Assembly (NCBI GenBank): GCA_049583555.1
Contig: JBAUWA010000111.1
Coordinates: 1-54,899 of the forward strand
From: Candidatus Dormiibacterota bacterium
GTDB lineage: Bacteria > Chloroflexota > Dormibacteria > Aeolococcales > Bog-877
Direction: 5' to 3'
Length of the DNA: 54,899 nt
This document shows, in pieces, positions 28,496-37,279 of the stretch. Below the pieces are notes generated by a model, which did no database searches, was not told the origin of the DNA, and worked only from the letters and a program-made list of their open reading frames with translations. The stretch's first letter is position 1; the number at the start of each line of letters is the position of its first letter. The position numbers and the translations under genes were made by a program.

Positions 28496-29101
28496 ATGCC
28501 GGTGCTGCTGCTGAACGCCTCGCTGCAACCTCTCAACGTCATCAGTCGACGTCGTCTGGTGGTGCTCCTGACCAAGGAGCGGGTTGCCTTCTTCGACGAC
28601 GCGGTTGAGCGGATGGTCGTCGAGGAGCTGGCCCAGCGCCGGCTCGGCGATGGTGTCATCGTGGTCCGGCTGCTGCGCAACATCATGGTGCCGCGGCGGA
28701 TGCTGCGTCCCAATCGCCGCAACCTGCTGCTGCGCGATGAGCACTGCTGCCAGTACTGCGGGGTGCGTGCCGCCCCTGCCGAGCTCACCATCGACCACGT
28801 GATTCCGGTTTCGCGCGGGGGGAATCCCGGTAGCTGGGAGAACCAGGTTGTCGCGTGCAAGCGCTGCAATGGGCGCAAGGCCAACCATCTCCCCGGCGAG
28901 GTACACCTGCGTCTGCGCCGTCCCCCGCGTCCGGTGGTGCAGGAGTACGCCCACCTGCTCTTCCTCCGCTACCCGGAGGTACGCAGCGCCTACGAGGACT
29001 TGGTGCGCTCGGTACTGCCCCACGGCGGAGGTGCCTCCGCCAGCCATCTGGGGGTGCGCGCCGAGGCGGTGGTCTCGGGTCTGGGCGCTGCCCAGATCTA
29101 G
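28496..29101 (+). CDS. HNH endonuclease (COG1403/McrA-like)
   Basis: CCQYCG...LTIDHVIPVSRGGNPGSWENQVVACKRCNGRKANH gives CxxC...DH...N...CxxC...H. N-terminal VLLLNASLQPLNVIS domain is typical of this family. Confidence 0.85.
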   Translation: MPVLLLNASLQPLNVISRRRLVVLLTKERVAFFDDAVERMVVEELAQRRLGDGVIVVRLLRNIMVPRRMLRPNRRNLLLRDEHCCQYCGVRAAPAELTIDHVIPVSRGGNPGSWENQVVACKRCNGRKANHLPGEVHLRLRRPPRPVVQEYAHLLFLRYPEVRSAYEDLVRSVLPHGGGASASHLGVRAEAVVSGLGAAQI

Positions 29102-29117
29102 GCGCCGGCCGGAGCCT

Positions 29118-29870
29118 TCAGTCCAGTTCCTGGGGCAGGTGTAGGGGAGGCTCCGGCAAGTACCTCGCCGCGGCCACGCCGGATTGGTCGATTCGGTCGA
29201 CCAGCTCCGAGGCGATGGCCATCGACCGGTGCAGTCCCCCAGTGCAGCCCACCGCCACCCGGAGCACCGAGCGGCGTTGCGCCTGGTAGAGCGGGACCAG
29301 GCGCAGCATCATCGGTAGGAACTGACCCAGCAGCTCCTGGGCGCCTGGCTGGGCCATTACGTACTCACGCACCATAGGGTCGGTGCCGGGCCGCTCCCGC
29401 ATCTCGGCAATCCAGTAGGGGCTGTCGAGGAAGCGGGTGTCGACGACCCAGTCGGCCTCGTGGGGGATGCCATCTCGGAAGGCGAAGGTGAAGCAGTCCA
29501 CCCTTAGCAGGTCGCGGTCACGCCAATCGTCCAGTAGCTGCCGGAGATAGGCCAAGGTGCTCTTGTCGAGCCCCAAGAGATGCCGGTGGGGCCGCCGGTC
29601 CGGCGGCCGAAAGCCGGGCCCTCTGGGGACGCCGATCTCAACCAGCCAGTAGCGGATTCCCTCCCGGTCTAGGGCGGCGACCCAGGTGTCTCCCAGGCGC
29701 TCGCTCACAACCAGAGCCAGATCGGGATCTGACTGCAGCCGGGCACGGACGCGCGCGGCGGGGTCGGATCCGGTCAGCTCTTCGCCGGGCAACTGGTAGC
29801 CAACCTTGGTGGCGAGAGTCTCCAGCTGGTCCCGGAAACGGTCCTCGCAAAGAATCACGACCAATGACAC
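29118..29870 (-). CDS. RapZ (YvcJ)-like protein with degenerate P-loop
   Basis: The C-terminal half matches RapZ (FRDGIPHEADWVVDTRFLDSPYW, VAVGCTGGLHRSMAIASEL). The N-terminus LVVILCEDRFRDQLETL replaces the GxSGxGKS Walker A. GTG 29870 with a GGAGA RBS is preferred over ATG 29984. Confidence 0.7.
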   Translation of the reverse strand: MSLVVILCEDRFRDQLETLATKVGYQLPGEELTGSDPAARVRARLQSDPDLALVVSERLGDTWVAALDREGIRYWLVEIGVPRGPGFRPPDRRPHRHLLGLDKSTLAYLRQLLDDWRDRDLLRVDCFTFAFRDGIPHEADWVVDTRFLDSPYWIAEMRERPGTDPMVREYVMAQPGAQELLGQFLPMMLRLVPLYQAQRRSVLRVAVGCTGGLHRSMAIASELVDRIDQSGVAAARYLPEPPLHLPQELD

Positions 29871-30154
29871 GGTGCTGGTCTCCGGTGGGAGGCCCTGGCG
29901 ATCGACCAAAGCCCATCTTGAGTGCGGCGGGCCCTTCCCAACCCTCCGAGCTGCGGATGCATCTTCGCACGGATGCCAAGTCAAATGGTGAGGGGAGAAC
30001 AGATTCCCAGCAGACTCTCAGTGCTGCGTGTGGCTCGCGGCGCGCTGATGGGTCCCGACCCGACCTCTCAAAAACCGGCCTTTTCCGCCTGCCGACCAGC
30101 GGGCCGCTGATCTCAGTCCCACCACGACCGGAGCCTGGCCCGACGTGTCCCGGA

Positions 30155-30916
30155 CTATTCGTACCAGCTGGGAGACTTGCGCACGGTCCTCCATTGGTCA
30201 GCGTCATGGCCATAAAAAAGCTGAGCTTTCAGGTCTTTGGCTCGGTCCAGGAGCTCCAAGGCGCTCTGCCTCGCCAGAGTGGGATCAGCGTGTCCCTCCC
30301 AGATGTCGTGCTTGACGTTGTCCTCTTCGTAGATGGCATCGCCGCAGAGCATCAGGTTCTGGCCGCTGTCAAGCCTGACCAGAACCGATTGGTGCCCGGG
30401 CGCGTGCCCTGGTGTCGGAAACACTGTAATTCCATCTCCCAGATCGGTTTCGCCATCCAGAAGCTGGTAGTCGAGTCCCTCCAGCCGCCAGTACTGGTTG
30501 GGGAATGAGGGATTGTCGAGGGCCGCGTCGTACTGCGAGCGCTGCACGTAAAAGGTGGCGCCGGGGAACGCGTCGTTGTTGCCGGCATGGTCGAAATGCA
30601 AGTGGGTATTGATGACGTCAGTCACGTCGGCACCGCGCAGGCCTAGAGCGGCGAGTCTGTAGTCGACGGTGTCCTCGGTTCGCATCACCGGCCGCAGCAA
30701 TTCGGCGAACTCGGTGCCGCGCCAGGTGCGGTCCGGATCCTCGATGTGGCTGCGGTGGATACCGGTGTCAATCAGTACTCGCCGTCCCGCGTCGGTGATG
30801 ACGAGGTAGCCGACGATCGGGATGTGGATGCGAACACCGTCGCCGAAGCCCGGGGACAGCACCCTTCCCTTGTCGCAACAGGCCTCGCCCAGCCAGAGCG
30901 GATACAACCGCTTCAT
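30155..30916 (-). CDS. MBL-fold metallo-hydrolase (AHL-lactonase-like)
   Basis: NTHLHFDHAGNN (HxHxDH), PTPGHAPGH, and GD...YGHD motifs. Confidence 0.8.
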   Translation of the reverse strand: MKRLYPLWLGEACCDKGRVLSPGFGDGVRIHIPIVGYLVITDAGRRVLIDTGIHRSHIEDPDRTWRGTEFAELLRPVMRTEDTVDYRLAALGLRGADVTDVINTHLHFDHAGNNDAFPGATFYVQRSQYDAALDNPSFPNQYWRLEGLDYQLLDGETDLGDGITVFPTPGHAPGHQSVLVRLDSGQNLMLCGDAIYEEDNVKHDIWEGHADPTLARQSALELLDRAKDLKAQLFYGHDADQWRTVRKSPSWYE

Positions 30917-31066
30917 CTTGGTTTCCCCCTCCGACTGCTGCCGACCAGCTAATCCTAAGGGCTCATCCGAGGTGAACCAGATCCCGCGAGTCCACCACGG
31001 TCTCGCCCGAGCGGGTGGGATGACCGATCTAGAGGCAGCGGCACTGCGCCCTAGTGAGCCGAGGCG

Positions 31067-31483
31067 CTAACTCATGCCGTGACGTTGAGTGAAGCTGAAC
31101 CAGTTGCCGGAGTTGTCCCTGAGGATCGCCTCTATTCCATAGGGGCGCTCGGTGGGTGGCTGGATGAACTCCACCCCCCGGGCGACGAGCGCCTCGTAGT
31201 CGCCACGGCAGTCGCTGGTGGAGAGGACTCCGGGGCTGAGAGCACCCTTGGCCACCAGCGCCCGAACCTGCTGGGCGGCCTCAGCGTCAAGCATTGAGTG
31301 GTTCGGATCCATCAACACCAGCTCTTGACCGGAGCTGCCCGGGGGTTTCACCGTGAGCCAACGCATCCCGTTTTCCATGGTGACGTCGTTGGTCGCCTCA
31401 CAGCCCAGCTGCTTGGTGTAAAAGTCCTTGGCTGCGTCCTGGTCCAAGACCCACACCGAGACGATCGAGATGTCCTTGATCAT
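31067..31483 (-). CDS. VOC/glyoxalase family protein
   Basis: 138 aa from ATG 31483, with AAGGAG 5 nt upstream. VSVWVLDQDAAKDFYTKQLG is typical of VOC proteins. Confidence 0.75.
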   Translation of the reverse strand: MIKDISIVSVWVLDQDAAKDFYTKQLGCEATNDVTMENGMRWLTVKPPGSSGQELVLMDPNHSMLDAEAAQQVRALVAKGALSPGVLSTSDCRGDYEALVARGVEFIQPPTERPYGIEAILRDNSGNWFSFTQRHGMS

Positions 31484-31527
31484 GCCCACTCCTTCTCCAC
31501 TTAGATCGGGTCAATTCGCGGCGAATC

Positions 31528-32028
31528 CTAGGCGCTGCCAGGATCGCTTGGCTTCTCCCAAATTGCGGGTCTCAGCGGATCGCATGCGCCGTGACCAGGA
31601 GCGCCGGCGCTGGGCAATCCGCTCTGCCACATCAGAACAAAGCATGCCGGGATGAGGGCGGCGCCTCCACGCCGGGCGGCCTCCTGACGGTATTGAGTAG
31701 GAGATAGACCGACAATGCCGGTGAAGCGGCTGCTGAAGCTGCCAAGGCTACTGAACCCCACCCGCAAGCAGATCTCAGTGACGGTTAGGTCGGATGTGCG
31801 CAGCAATTCACGTGCACGCTCTATCCGCCTTCGACTGCGGTATTGCCCCGGAGTCTCTCCGTAGCTGTGCTTGAAGGCTCGAATGAATCGACTGGTGGTG
31901 TATCCAGCGAGGGTTGCTATGGTTGAGACTCTGGTATCGCTTCCGTAATAGCGGTCGATCCGATCGCGGGCTCGCCGCAGCTTCTGTAGGGCAACCTCAT
32001 CTTGACGCCTGCACAGCGTTTTCCCCAT
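31528..32028 (-). CDS. AraC-family HTH transcriptional regulator
   Basis: Double HTH: IATLAGYTTSRFIRAFKHSYGETPGQY and VTEICLRVGFSSLGSFSSRFTGIVGLSPTQY. Lies directly upstream of the VOC gene. Confidence 0.85.
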   Translation of the reverse strand: MGKTLCRRQDEVALQKLRRARDRIDRYYGSDTRVSTIATLAGYTTSRFIRAFKHSYGETPGQYRSRRRIERARELLRTSDLTVTEICLRVGFSSLGSFSSRFTGIVGLSPTQYRQEAARRGGAALIPACFVLMWQSGLPSAGAPGHGACDPLRPAIWEKPSDPGSA

Positions 32029-32155
32029 CTTCTTGAGTACTTATGATCGAGCTAGGTCGCTCTGTTGATGCCTGAGCCGCCCGGGCATGGCAACATCTCG
32101 GTGCCAGTGTTGACGACGTCCAAGCCAGGAGCGGTACCGGCGGGTGGTAGTTGCG

Positions 32156-32665
32156 TCAACCGGCCTCGGTTTCTTCCGCGCTCATCGCCTGGCGGAGCAG
32201 GATCAGCCGGCAGTGGGCGTGGCTCAGCAGATGAGCCCCGGTCTCACCCAGGGTGAATTCCCCGAATCTTGGCTTGATTCCCAGCCCCACCACGATCAGA
32301 TCGGCCTCCCAGCGGCGAGCTTCGTCCACTATCGCCGGGCCGGCTTCACGAGCTTGCAGAATCGTGGTCTGGATGTGAGCGCCGAGCTCAGCAGCCACCG
32401 CCTCCATCTCGGCCAGGATCTCCTCCGAGTGCCCCAGCTCGTCCCCTAGGCTGGCTGCGAGGGGGAGATTTCGGGCCACCTCCAAAACGGTGATCACCAG
32501 GATGTCGGCCTTGGCCGGCCGAGCCAACCGGCAAGCGGCTCTTAGAGCATCCTTGTCGATCGGGGCTCCCCGGGCGGGTACAGCGATCCGTCTCGGCCAG
32601 AGAATGCCGGTGTGCCCGACGGTGGTGGCCTCAGATGAACGCGACCGGAAGAACTTGGAGGCCAT
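32156..32665 (-). CDS. universal stress protein
   Basis: ILVITVLEV..., ADLIVVGLGIKPRFGEFTLGETGAHLLSHAHCRLILL (Usp ATP-binding-type C-terminus). ATG 32665 or TTG 32674 are possible starts. Confidence 0.75.
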   Translation of the reverse strand: MASKFFRSRSSEATTVGHTGILWPRRIAVPARGAPIDKDALRAACRLARPAKADILVITVLEVARNLPLAASLGDELGHSEEILAEMEAVAAELGAHIQTTILQAREAGPAIVDEARRWEADLIVVGLGIKPRFGEFTLGETGAHLLSHAHCRLILLRQAMSAEETEAG

Positions 32666-32858
32666 TGCCGGCAATTGTCGCCTCTGCGAAGCCCTTGAGT
32701 CGCAACGCCCCCCTCAAGGCAACCCCGGAGGCGGCCCGAACCAAGAAGGGACCGGCGAGCGGTTGGTCCGCCGCGACCTAGCCTCAGCCGGAATCTGACA
32801 GCGCGGCTCCGCCGGTGGGTGGGAGGGCAGGCTCGGGGGCGGGGATATACTCGCGCCC

Positions 32859-33320
32859 GTGCGGGCTGTGATCGTGGGATGCGGGCGGGTAGGATCGACG
32901 CTGGCCAAGGATCTGGCTCGAGACGGCCACGAAGTCGCCGTGGTGGACGTCTCGCGTGGCGCCTTCGACAGGCTCGGCAAGGACTTCCCGGGGAAGTTGG
33001 TTCTGGGAAGCGGGATTGACCAGGAGGTGCTGGAGCAGGCCGGCGCCGACAAGGCCGACTGCTTCATCTCCGTTACCAACGGCGACAACCGCAACATCAT
33101 GTCGGCCCAGGTGGCCAAGGAAATCTTCAACATTCCGAGGGTGATGACCCGGATTTACGATCCCATCAGGGAGCGGGTCTACCGCGAGACAGGCCTCTAC
33201 ACCTACTGCCCCACCGTGATGGGGGCGGCGATCGCACGCACCTTCTTCGACGCGGGTCCGGAGGAGGCCGACCGCGCCCGTCATTCGGTGGCTGCCTCGG
33301 GGGCGTCCGGGGGTGCCTGA
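32859..33320 (+). CDS. trkA: TrkA-type RCK_N (NAD-binding) protein, short form
   Basis: GTG start. MRAVIVGCGRVGSTLAKDLARDGHEVAVVD Rossmann motif. Only 153 aa, with no recognisable RCK_C lobe. Confidence 0.8.
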   Translation: MRAVIVGCGRVGSTLAKDLARDGHEVAVVDVSRGAFDRLGKDFPGKLVLGSGIDQEVLEQAGADKADCFISVTNGDNRNIMSAQVAKEIFNIPRVMTRIYDPIRERVYRETGLYTYCPTVMGAAIARTFFDAGPEEADRARHSVAASGASGGA

Positions 33321-33996
33321 CCGGCTCACCTACGTAATCGTCGTCGGAGCCGGCAAGGTCGGCTTCTACCTGAGCCGGCACTTGCTCGAGGCTGGTTACG
33401 AAGTGGCGTTAATCGAGAAGGATCACGCTCGGGCGTCGCTGGTCGCGGCGCAACTAGGGAGCTGCTCTGTCCTGGTGGGCGACGGAGACGAGACAGCGTT
33501 CCTCGCCACCAGCGGGATAGAGCGGGCCGACGTGGTCGCCGCCGTCACCGGCGACGACGAGGACAATCTGGTCGCTTGTCAACTGGCGAAGCGTCAATTC
33601 CGAGTTCCCCGGACCGTTGCCAGAGTAAACAATCCCCGCAACGTCCAGTTGTTCCATCAGTTGGGAGTGGATGTGGCGGTATCCGCCACCGACCTGATCC
33701 TGGGAGTGATCGAGACCGGTCTGGCGGGCCATGGGGATTTTCTGCAAATGCCCATCAGCGGCAGCGAGTCATCTGTTGTCAGAGTCACCATCCCGGTTGG
33801 CCCGGCTGTCGGTCGTCAGGTCGGAGAGATCCCCGAGCTGGATCAGGAACGGATCCTGCTGCTCGTGCGGGATGGACACGAGTTGCCTCAAGACACGCCA
33901 CTTCAGGCGGGCGATCAGATCGTGATGTTCACCCCGCGCCCCGCCTCGGACTTCATGCTGGAGGAACCGGTCGAGTTGTCGCCTGCGGCTCGCTGA
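33313..33996 (+). CDS. trkA: TrkA-type K+ uptake regulatory protein (RCK_N + RCK_C)
   Basis: VIVVGAGKVGFYLSRHLLEAGYEVALIEKD plus C-terminal RCK_C-like VVRVTIPVGPAVGRQVGEI...GDQIVMF. 8-nt overlap with the previous trkA. Confidence 0.85.
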   Translation: MPDRLTYVIVVGAGKVGFYLSRHLLEAGYEVALIEKDHARASLVAAQLGSCSVLVGDGDETAFLATSGIERADVVAAVTGDDEDNLVACQLAKRQFRVPRTVARVNNPRNVQLFHQLGVDVAVSATDLILGVIETGLAGHGDFLQMPISGSESSVVRVTIPVGPAVGRQVGEIPELDQERILLLVRDGHELPQDTPLQAGDQIVMFTPRPASDFMLEEPVELSPAAR

Positions 33997-34135
33997 GCCC
34001 CGACGCCGTCCTCGCCCCGCAGCTCTCATCGCCCAGCCCAGGCCCGCGGCTGACGACCGCAGGGGAGGCGGTCGATGACCGATAGCCCGCCCAGCTAAAG
34101 TCAGCCCCACTGCCAGCCGCTAATCCAGCCCAGAT

Positions 34136-36754
34136 TTGAGTAACGAGGGATCAACTCCAGAACCACCCCGGCCCCGACGTGACGGCGACGGATCTCCGCC
34201 CCGGCCGCGTCAGGGAGAAGACCTCGAGCGCAAGGTCACCCAAAGAGGCCAGCTAGCTGGGAACCGTTATGTGGTCATCGAGCGGCTGGACGACTTCCGC
34301 CGCAGCCGCCGCGGCATGCTGGTCGCCACCGCTCACGCCGATCTGCCCCAAGGCGGCCTAGCCAGGTTCCAATACCTGGTCAAGCGGGTGCTGCTCGGGC
34401 CACGGCTGCCCACCTCGGCGATGGAAGGCGAGCGGCTCCCAATCTACAAGGCCCTGCCCACGCTGGCCTCCGACCCTCTGTCGTCGGTCGCGTACGGCCC
34501 CGAGGCCGGACTCACTGTGCTGGCGATGGCTGGCGTCGGGGCGCTGGTGTTCGAGTTGCCGATCGCCATCGCCATCGCCGCGCTGATGACGCTGGTGGTG
34601 ATCTCCTATCGCCAGCTCGTCATCGCCCGACAAGCCGACGGGGGCTCCTACGCCGTGGCCCGCGACTATCTGGGCCAATGGCCGGCCATGGTCGCGGCCG
34701 CAGCCCTGCTCATCGACTACGTCCTGACCGTGGCGGTGAGCATCTCCTCGGGAGCGGACGCCCTGACCTCTGCCTTCCCGGTGCTGCTGGCGATCCGACT
34801 TCCGCTGGCACTGGCCCTGGTTCTGGTCCTCTCCGCCGGCAATCTGCGGGGCGTGCGCGAAGCCGGCAACTTCTTCTCTCTGCCGACCTACTTCTTCATA
34901 GTCGCCATCCTGGCCCTAATCGTCTTCGGCCTGGTCAAGGGACTGACCGGCGGTGCCCACCATGCCATCGGGGTCTACCCGCCCATCCCTAACGTGACCG
35001 CAGTACTAACCCCGTTCCTGGTGCTGACCGCGTTCGCCTCGGGATGCTCCTCCATGACTGGGATCGAGGCGGTCTCCAACAGTGTTCGGAGCTTCAGGGA
35101 TCCACCCGGCGACAACGCCGGCAAAACCCTGGTCCTCCTAGGCATCCTGCTGGTGGTGCTCTTCATGGGCGTCACCGTCCTGGACATTGTCTTCGGGGTC
35201 GAGCCCAAGCCAGGCGGCAGCCCCACCGTGCTCGCCCAGATCGCCGCCGACACATTCAGCGGCCCGGGTCACTTTTTCTTCTACATCATCCAGTTCACTA
35301 CCACCATGGTGCTGATCCTGGCGGCCAATGCCAGCTTCAACGGTTTCCCCCGCCTCTGCGCCTTCCTGGCCCGTGACGACCGGCTACCTCACCGCTTTGG
35401 TGCCTTCGGGGATCGACTGGTCTACTCAGCCGCGATTCTCTTCCTCACCTTCGTGGCGATAGTGGTGATGGTCGCCTTCAACGCCAACACCGACCGACTC
35501 ATCAACCTCTACGCGATTGGTGTTTTCACGGCCTTCACCCTGGCTCAATCAGCGTTAGTCCGCTACCAGTTGAAGCGCCGTATCGGGCACTGGCGTCGCA
35601 ACGTCTTCGTCAACGGACTGGGCGCCACGGCCACGGCTTTGGTGGACGTGATCGTCCTGGTTGTCAAGTTCCGCCTGGGCGCCTGGGTGGTAACCATCAT
35701 CATTCCTCTGCTAATCCTTCTCTTTTGGTTTGTGGGACGGCACTACGTCGACATCCGTCGCCGGATTCGGAGCGCCGCGGTTGGCGACGGAGCGGTGGAG
35801 CTCTACAAGACGGTGGTCCCGGTGCGACAGTTGGACCGACCCACGCGCCAGGCTCTGGCTTACGCCGCCGCCTTGGGCCGCGACATCGTCGCCGTAAACG
35901 TCACCGGCCAGCCATCAGCTGCGGCGGAAATCTTTGACCTGATCAAGGCCGCGTCGTCGAGATCTGGTGGGGGTCTCGTCAATGTCGAGATCGAAACGCT
36001 GGAGCTGCGCCGCAGTCGACGCGAGTTCTTGAGACTGATCGACCGTCTCTCCCGCGAGGCCCGCCCGCGGGTGGTTACGGTGATGGTCCCTGACACGGTG
36101 ACCAGCGCCGGGACGCTTGGCCTTCTGCGCCATCCCCGCAATCTTCTGCTGAAATGGGCTCTGCAGAGCCGGAGCGTGGTCGTGGTGAGCTTCCCCACCA
36201 ACCCAGAGGGCGGACTAGCCGACGAGGAGATCGGCAGGGCCACCCGGAGGGTTGCCATCGTGCCCGTCTCAGGCTTGGACGTGCTGGCAGCGCGGGCGCT
36301 CAAGTACGCTCAAGCGATTGCCGACGAAGTGGTGGCGGTCCATGTTGCCACCGGACAGCCGGGAGATGCCGCGCGGAAGCCTGAGGCCGTCCCTGGTGAG
36401 CTCAAGCGCGACGACCCGGGCGGCCTGCCCGACGACGAAGCCAGGCATCTGGCCGCCGACTGGGACCGCTGGGTTGGCCAGCAGCTCGGGTGGGACCAAG
36501 AGCGGCCCCGACCCCAGCTGGTGACCTTGGTCTCGCCCTATCGGACCGTGGTCCAGCCCGTGCTCCGTTATTTGGCCATCTACCGCCAGCAAAATCCCGG
36601 GGCGCTGTGCACGGTGGTGCTCCCGGAACTGATCACCAGGCACTGGTGGAATCAGCTGCTTCACAATCACCGTGCCTTTCACATCAAGACGGCGCTGCTG
36701 GGCCGCTCCGATTTCGCCGTCGCCGACGTCACCTACGATCTCTCCCGGGCCTGA
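34136..36754 (+). CDS. APC-superfamily K+ transporter homolog (KimA/YdaO-like) with enlarged cytosolic C-terminus
   Basis: LASDPLSSVAYGPEAG, LIDYVLTVAVSISSGADALTSAFP, FASGCSSMTGIEAVSN, LAANASFNGFPRL, and C-terminal VLPELITRHWWNQLLHNHRAF match my recollection of B. subtilis KimA. The start is uncertain: TTG 34136, GTG 34271 and ATG 34316 are candidates, and GC3 is low before about 34270. Confidence 0.75.
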   Translation: MSNEGSTPEPPRPRRDGDGSPPRPRQGEDLERKVTQRGQLAGNRYVVIERLDDFRRSRRGMLVATAHADLPQGGLARFQYLVKRVLLGPRLPTSAMEGERLPIYKALPTLASDPLSSVAYGPEAGLTVLAMAGVGALVFELPIAIAIAALMTLVVISYRQLVIARQADGGSYAVARDYLGQWPAMVAAAALLIDYVLTVAVSISSGADALTSAFPVLLAIRLPLALALVLVLSAGNLRGVREAGNFFSLPTYFFIVAILALIVFGLVKGLTGGAHHAIGVYPPIPNVTAVLTPFLVLTAFASGCSSMTGIEAVSNSVRSFRDPPGDNAGKTLVLLGILLVVLFMGVTVLDIVFGVEPKPGGSPTVLAQIAADTFSGPGHFFFYIIQFTTTMVLILAANASFNGFPRLCAFLARDDRLPHRFGAFGDRLVYSAAILFLTFVAIVVMVAFNANTDRLINLYAIGVFTAFTLAQSALVRYQLKRRIGHWRRNVFVNGLGATATALVDVIVLVVKFRLGAWVVTIIIPLLILLFWFVGRHYVDIRRRIRSAAVGDGAVELYKTVVPVRQLDRPTRQALAYAAALGRDIVAVNVTGQPSAAAEIFDLIKAASSRSGGGLVNVEIETLELRRSRREFLRLIDRLSREARPRVVTVMVPDTVTSAGTLGLLRHPRNLLLKWALQSRSVVVVSFPTNPEGGLADEEIGRATRRVAIVPVSGLDVLAARALKYAQAIADEVVAVHVATGQPGDAARKPEAVPGELKRDDPGGLPDDEARHLAADWDRWVGQQLGWDQERPRPQLVTLVSPYRTVVQPVLRYLAIYRQQNPGALCTVVLPELITRHWWNQLLHNHRAFHIKTALLGRSDFAVADVTYDLSRA

Positions 36755-36780
36755 GATCCCGGCGCCACCGGCGCTGGGTG

Positions 36781-37230
36781 TCAATCGATTGTGCTGGCCA
36801 TGACCCCGATCAGAACGCAAGGCTCGGACCCGCTGGTACGCCAGCCGTGGACTGTGTTTCGTTGCACTACGCAATCACCGGTGCTCATCTCAACTTCGCC
36901 GGTCTCCAGTATCAGAGTCACTGATCCGGAGACCACGGTGATGCAGTCCACGGAGTCGGTGGTGTGGAAGCCGATGGTGGTGTTGGCCGGAATGGTGCAT
37001 CGGCGGAACAGCGCGGAAGCGGGGGCGATGTCTGCACCGGGATGATCGGGAAGGACCAGCTGACCGTCCACAACCGCCGGCACCGTCATCGACCAGAGGT
37101 CGTCGAGCACGTATTCGGGCGTCACTTCGGTGTCCGCTGTCAGGCTGTCGCTGGTCACTTGCGACCGCCCGTCCGCATCAACGCCCGTCACTATTCGTCG
37201 CAGCGGCCGGTAGTAGTCTGGCGTGGTCAT
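36781..37230 (-). CDS. cupin-domain protein
   Basis: 149 aa. G.H.H-type beta-barrel region (TIGFHTTDSVDCITVVSG...GDCVVQRNTVHGW). Confidence 0.65.
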   Translation of the reverse strand: MTTPDYYRPLRRIVTGVDADGRSQVTSDSLTADTEVTPEYVLDDLWSMTVPAVVDGQLVLPDHPGADIAPASALFRRCTIPANTTIGFHTTDSVDCITVVSGSVTLILETGEVEMSTGDCVVQRNTVHGWRTSGSEPCVLIGVMASTID

Positions 37231-37279
37231 CTATCCTCCGTTTGCGCGCCGCGGACCAGCGTGCCCAACCTAGCAGCGC

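Noticed and set aside
33997-34135. Possible ydaO-type c-di-AMP riboswitch in front of the KimA-like gene. The segment CCCGCCCAGCTAAAGTCAGCC resembles the CCCG.CAGCUAACC..GUAAGC 3' motif, and B. subtilis kimA is controlled by such a riboswitch.
   Set aside because: I could not find the other conserved blocks (GGGGACCCA, GGGGUGAAUC) or a convincing P1 pairing. The resemblance is limited to about 12 nt. A cmsearch with RF00379 would settle it.
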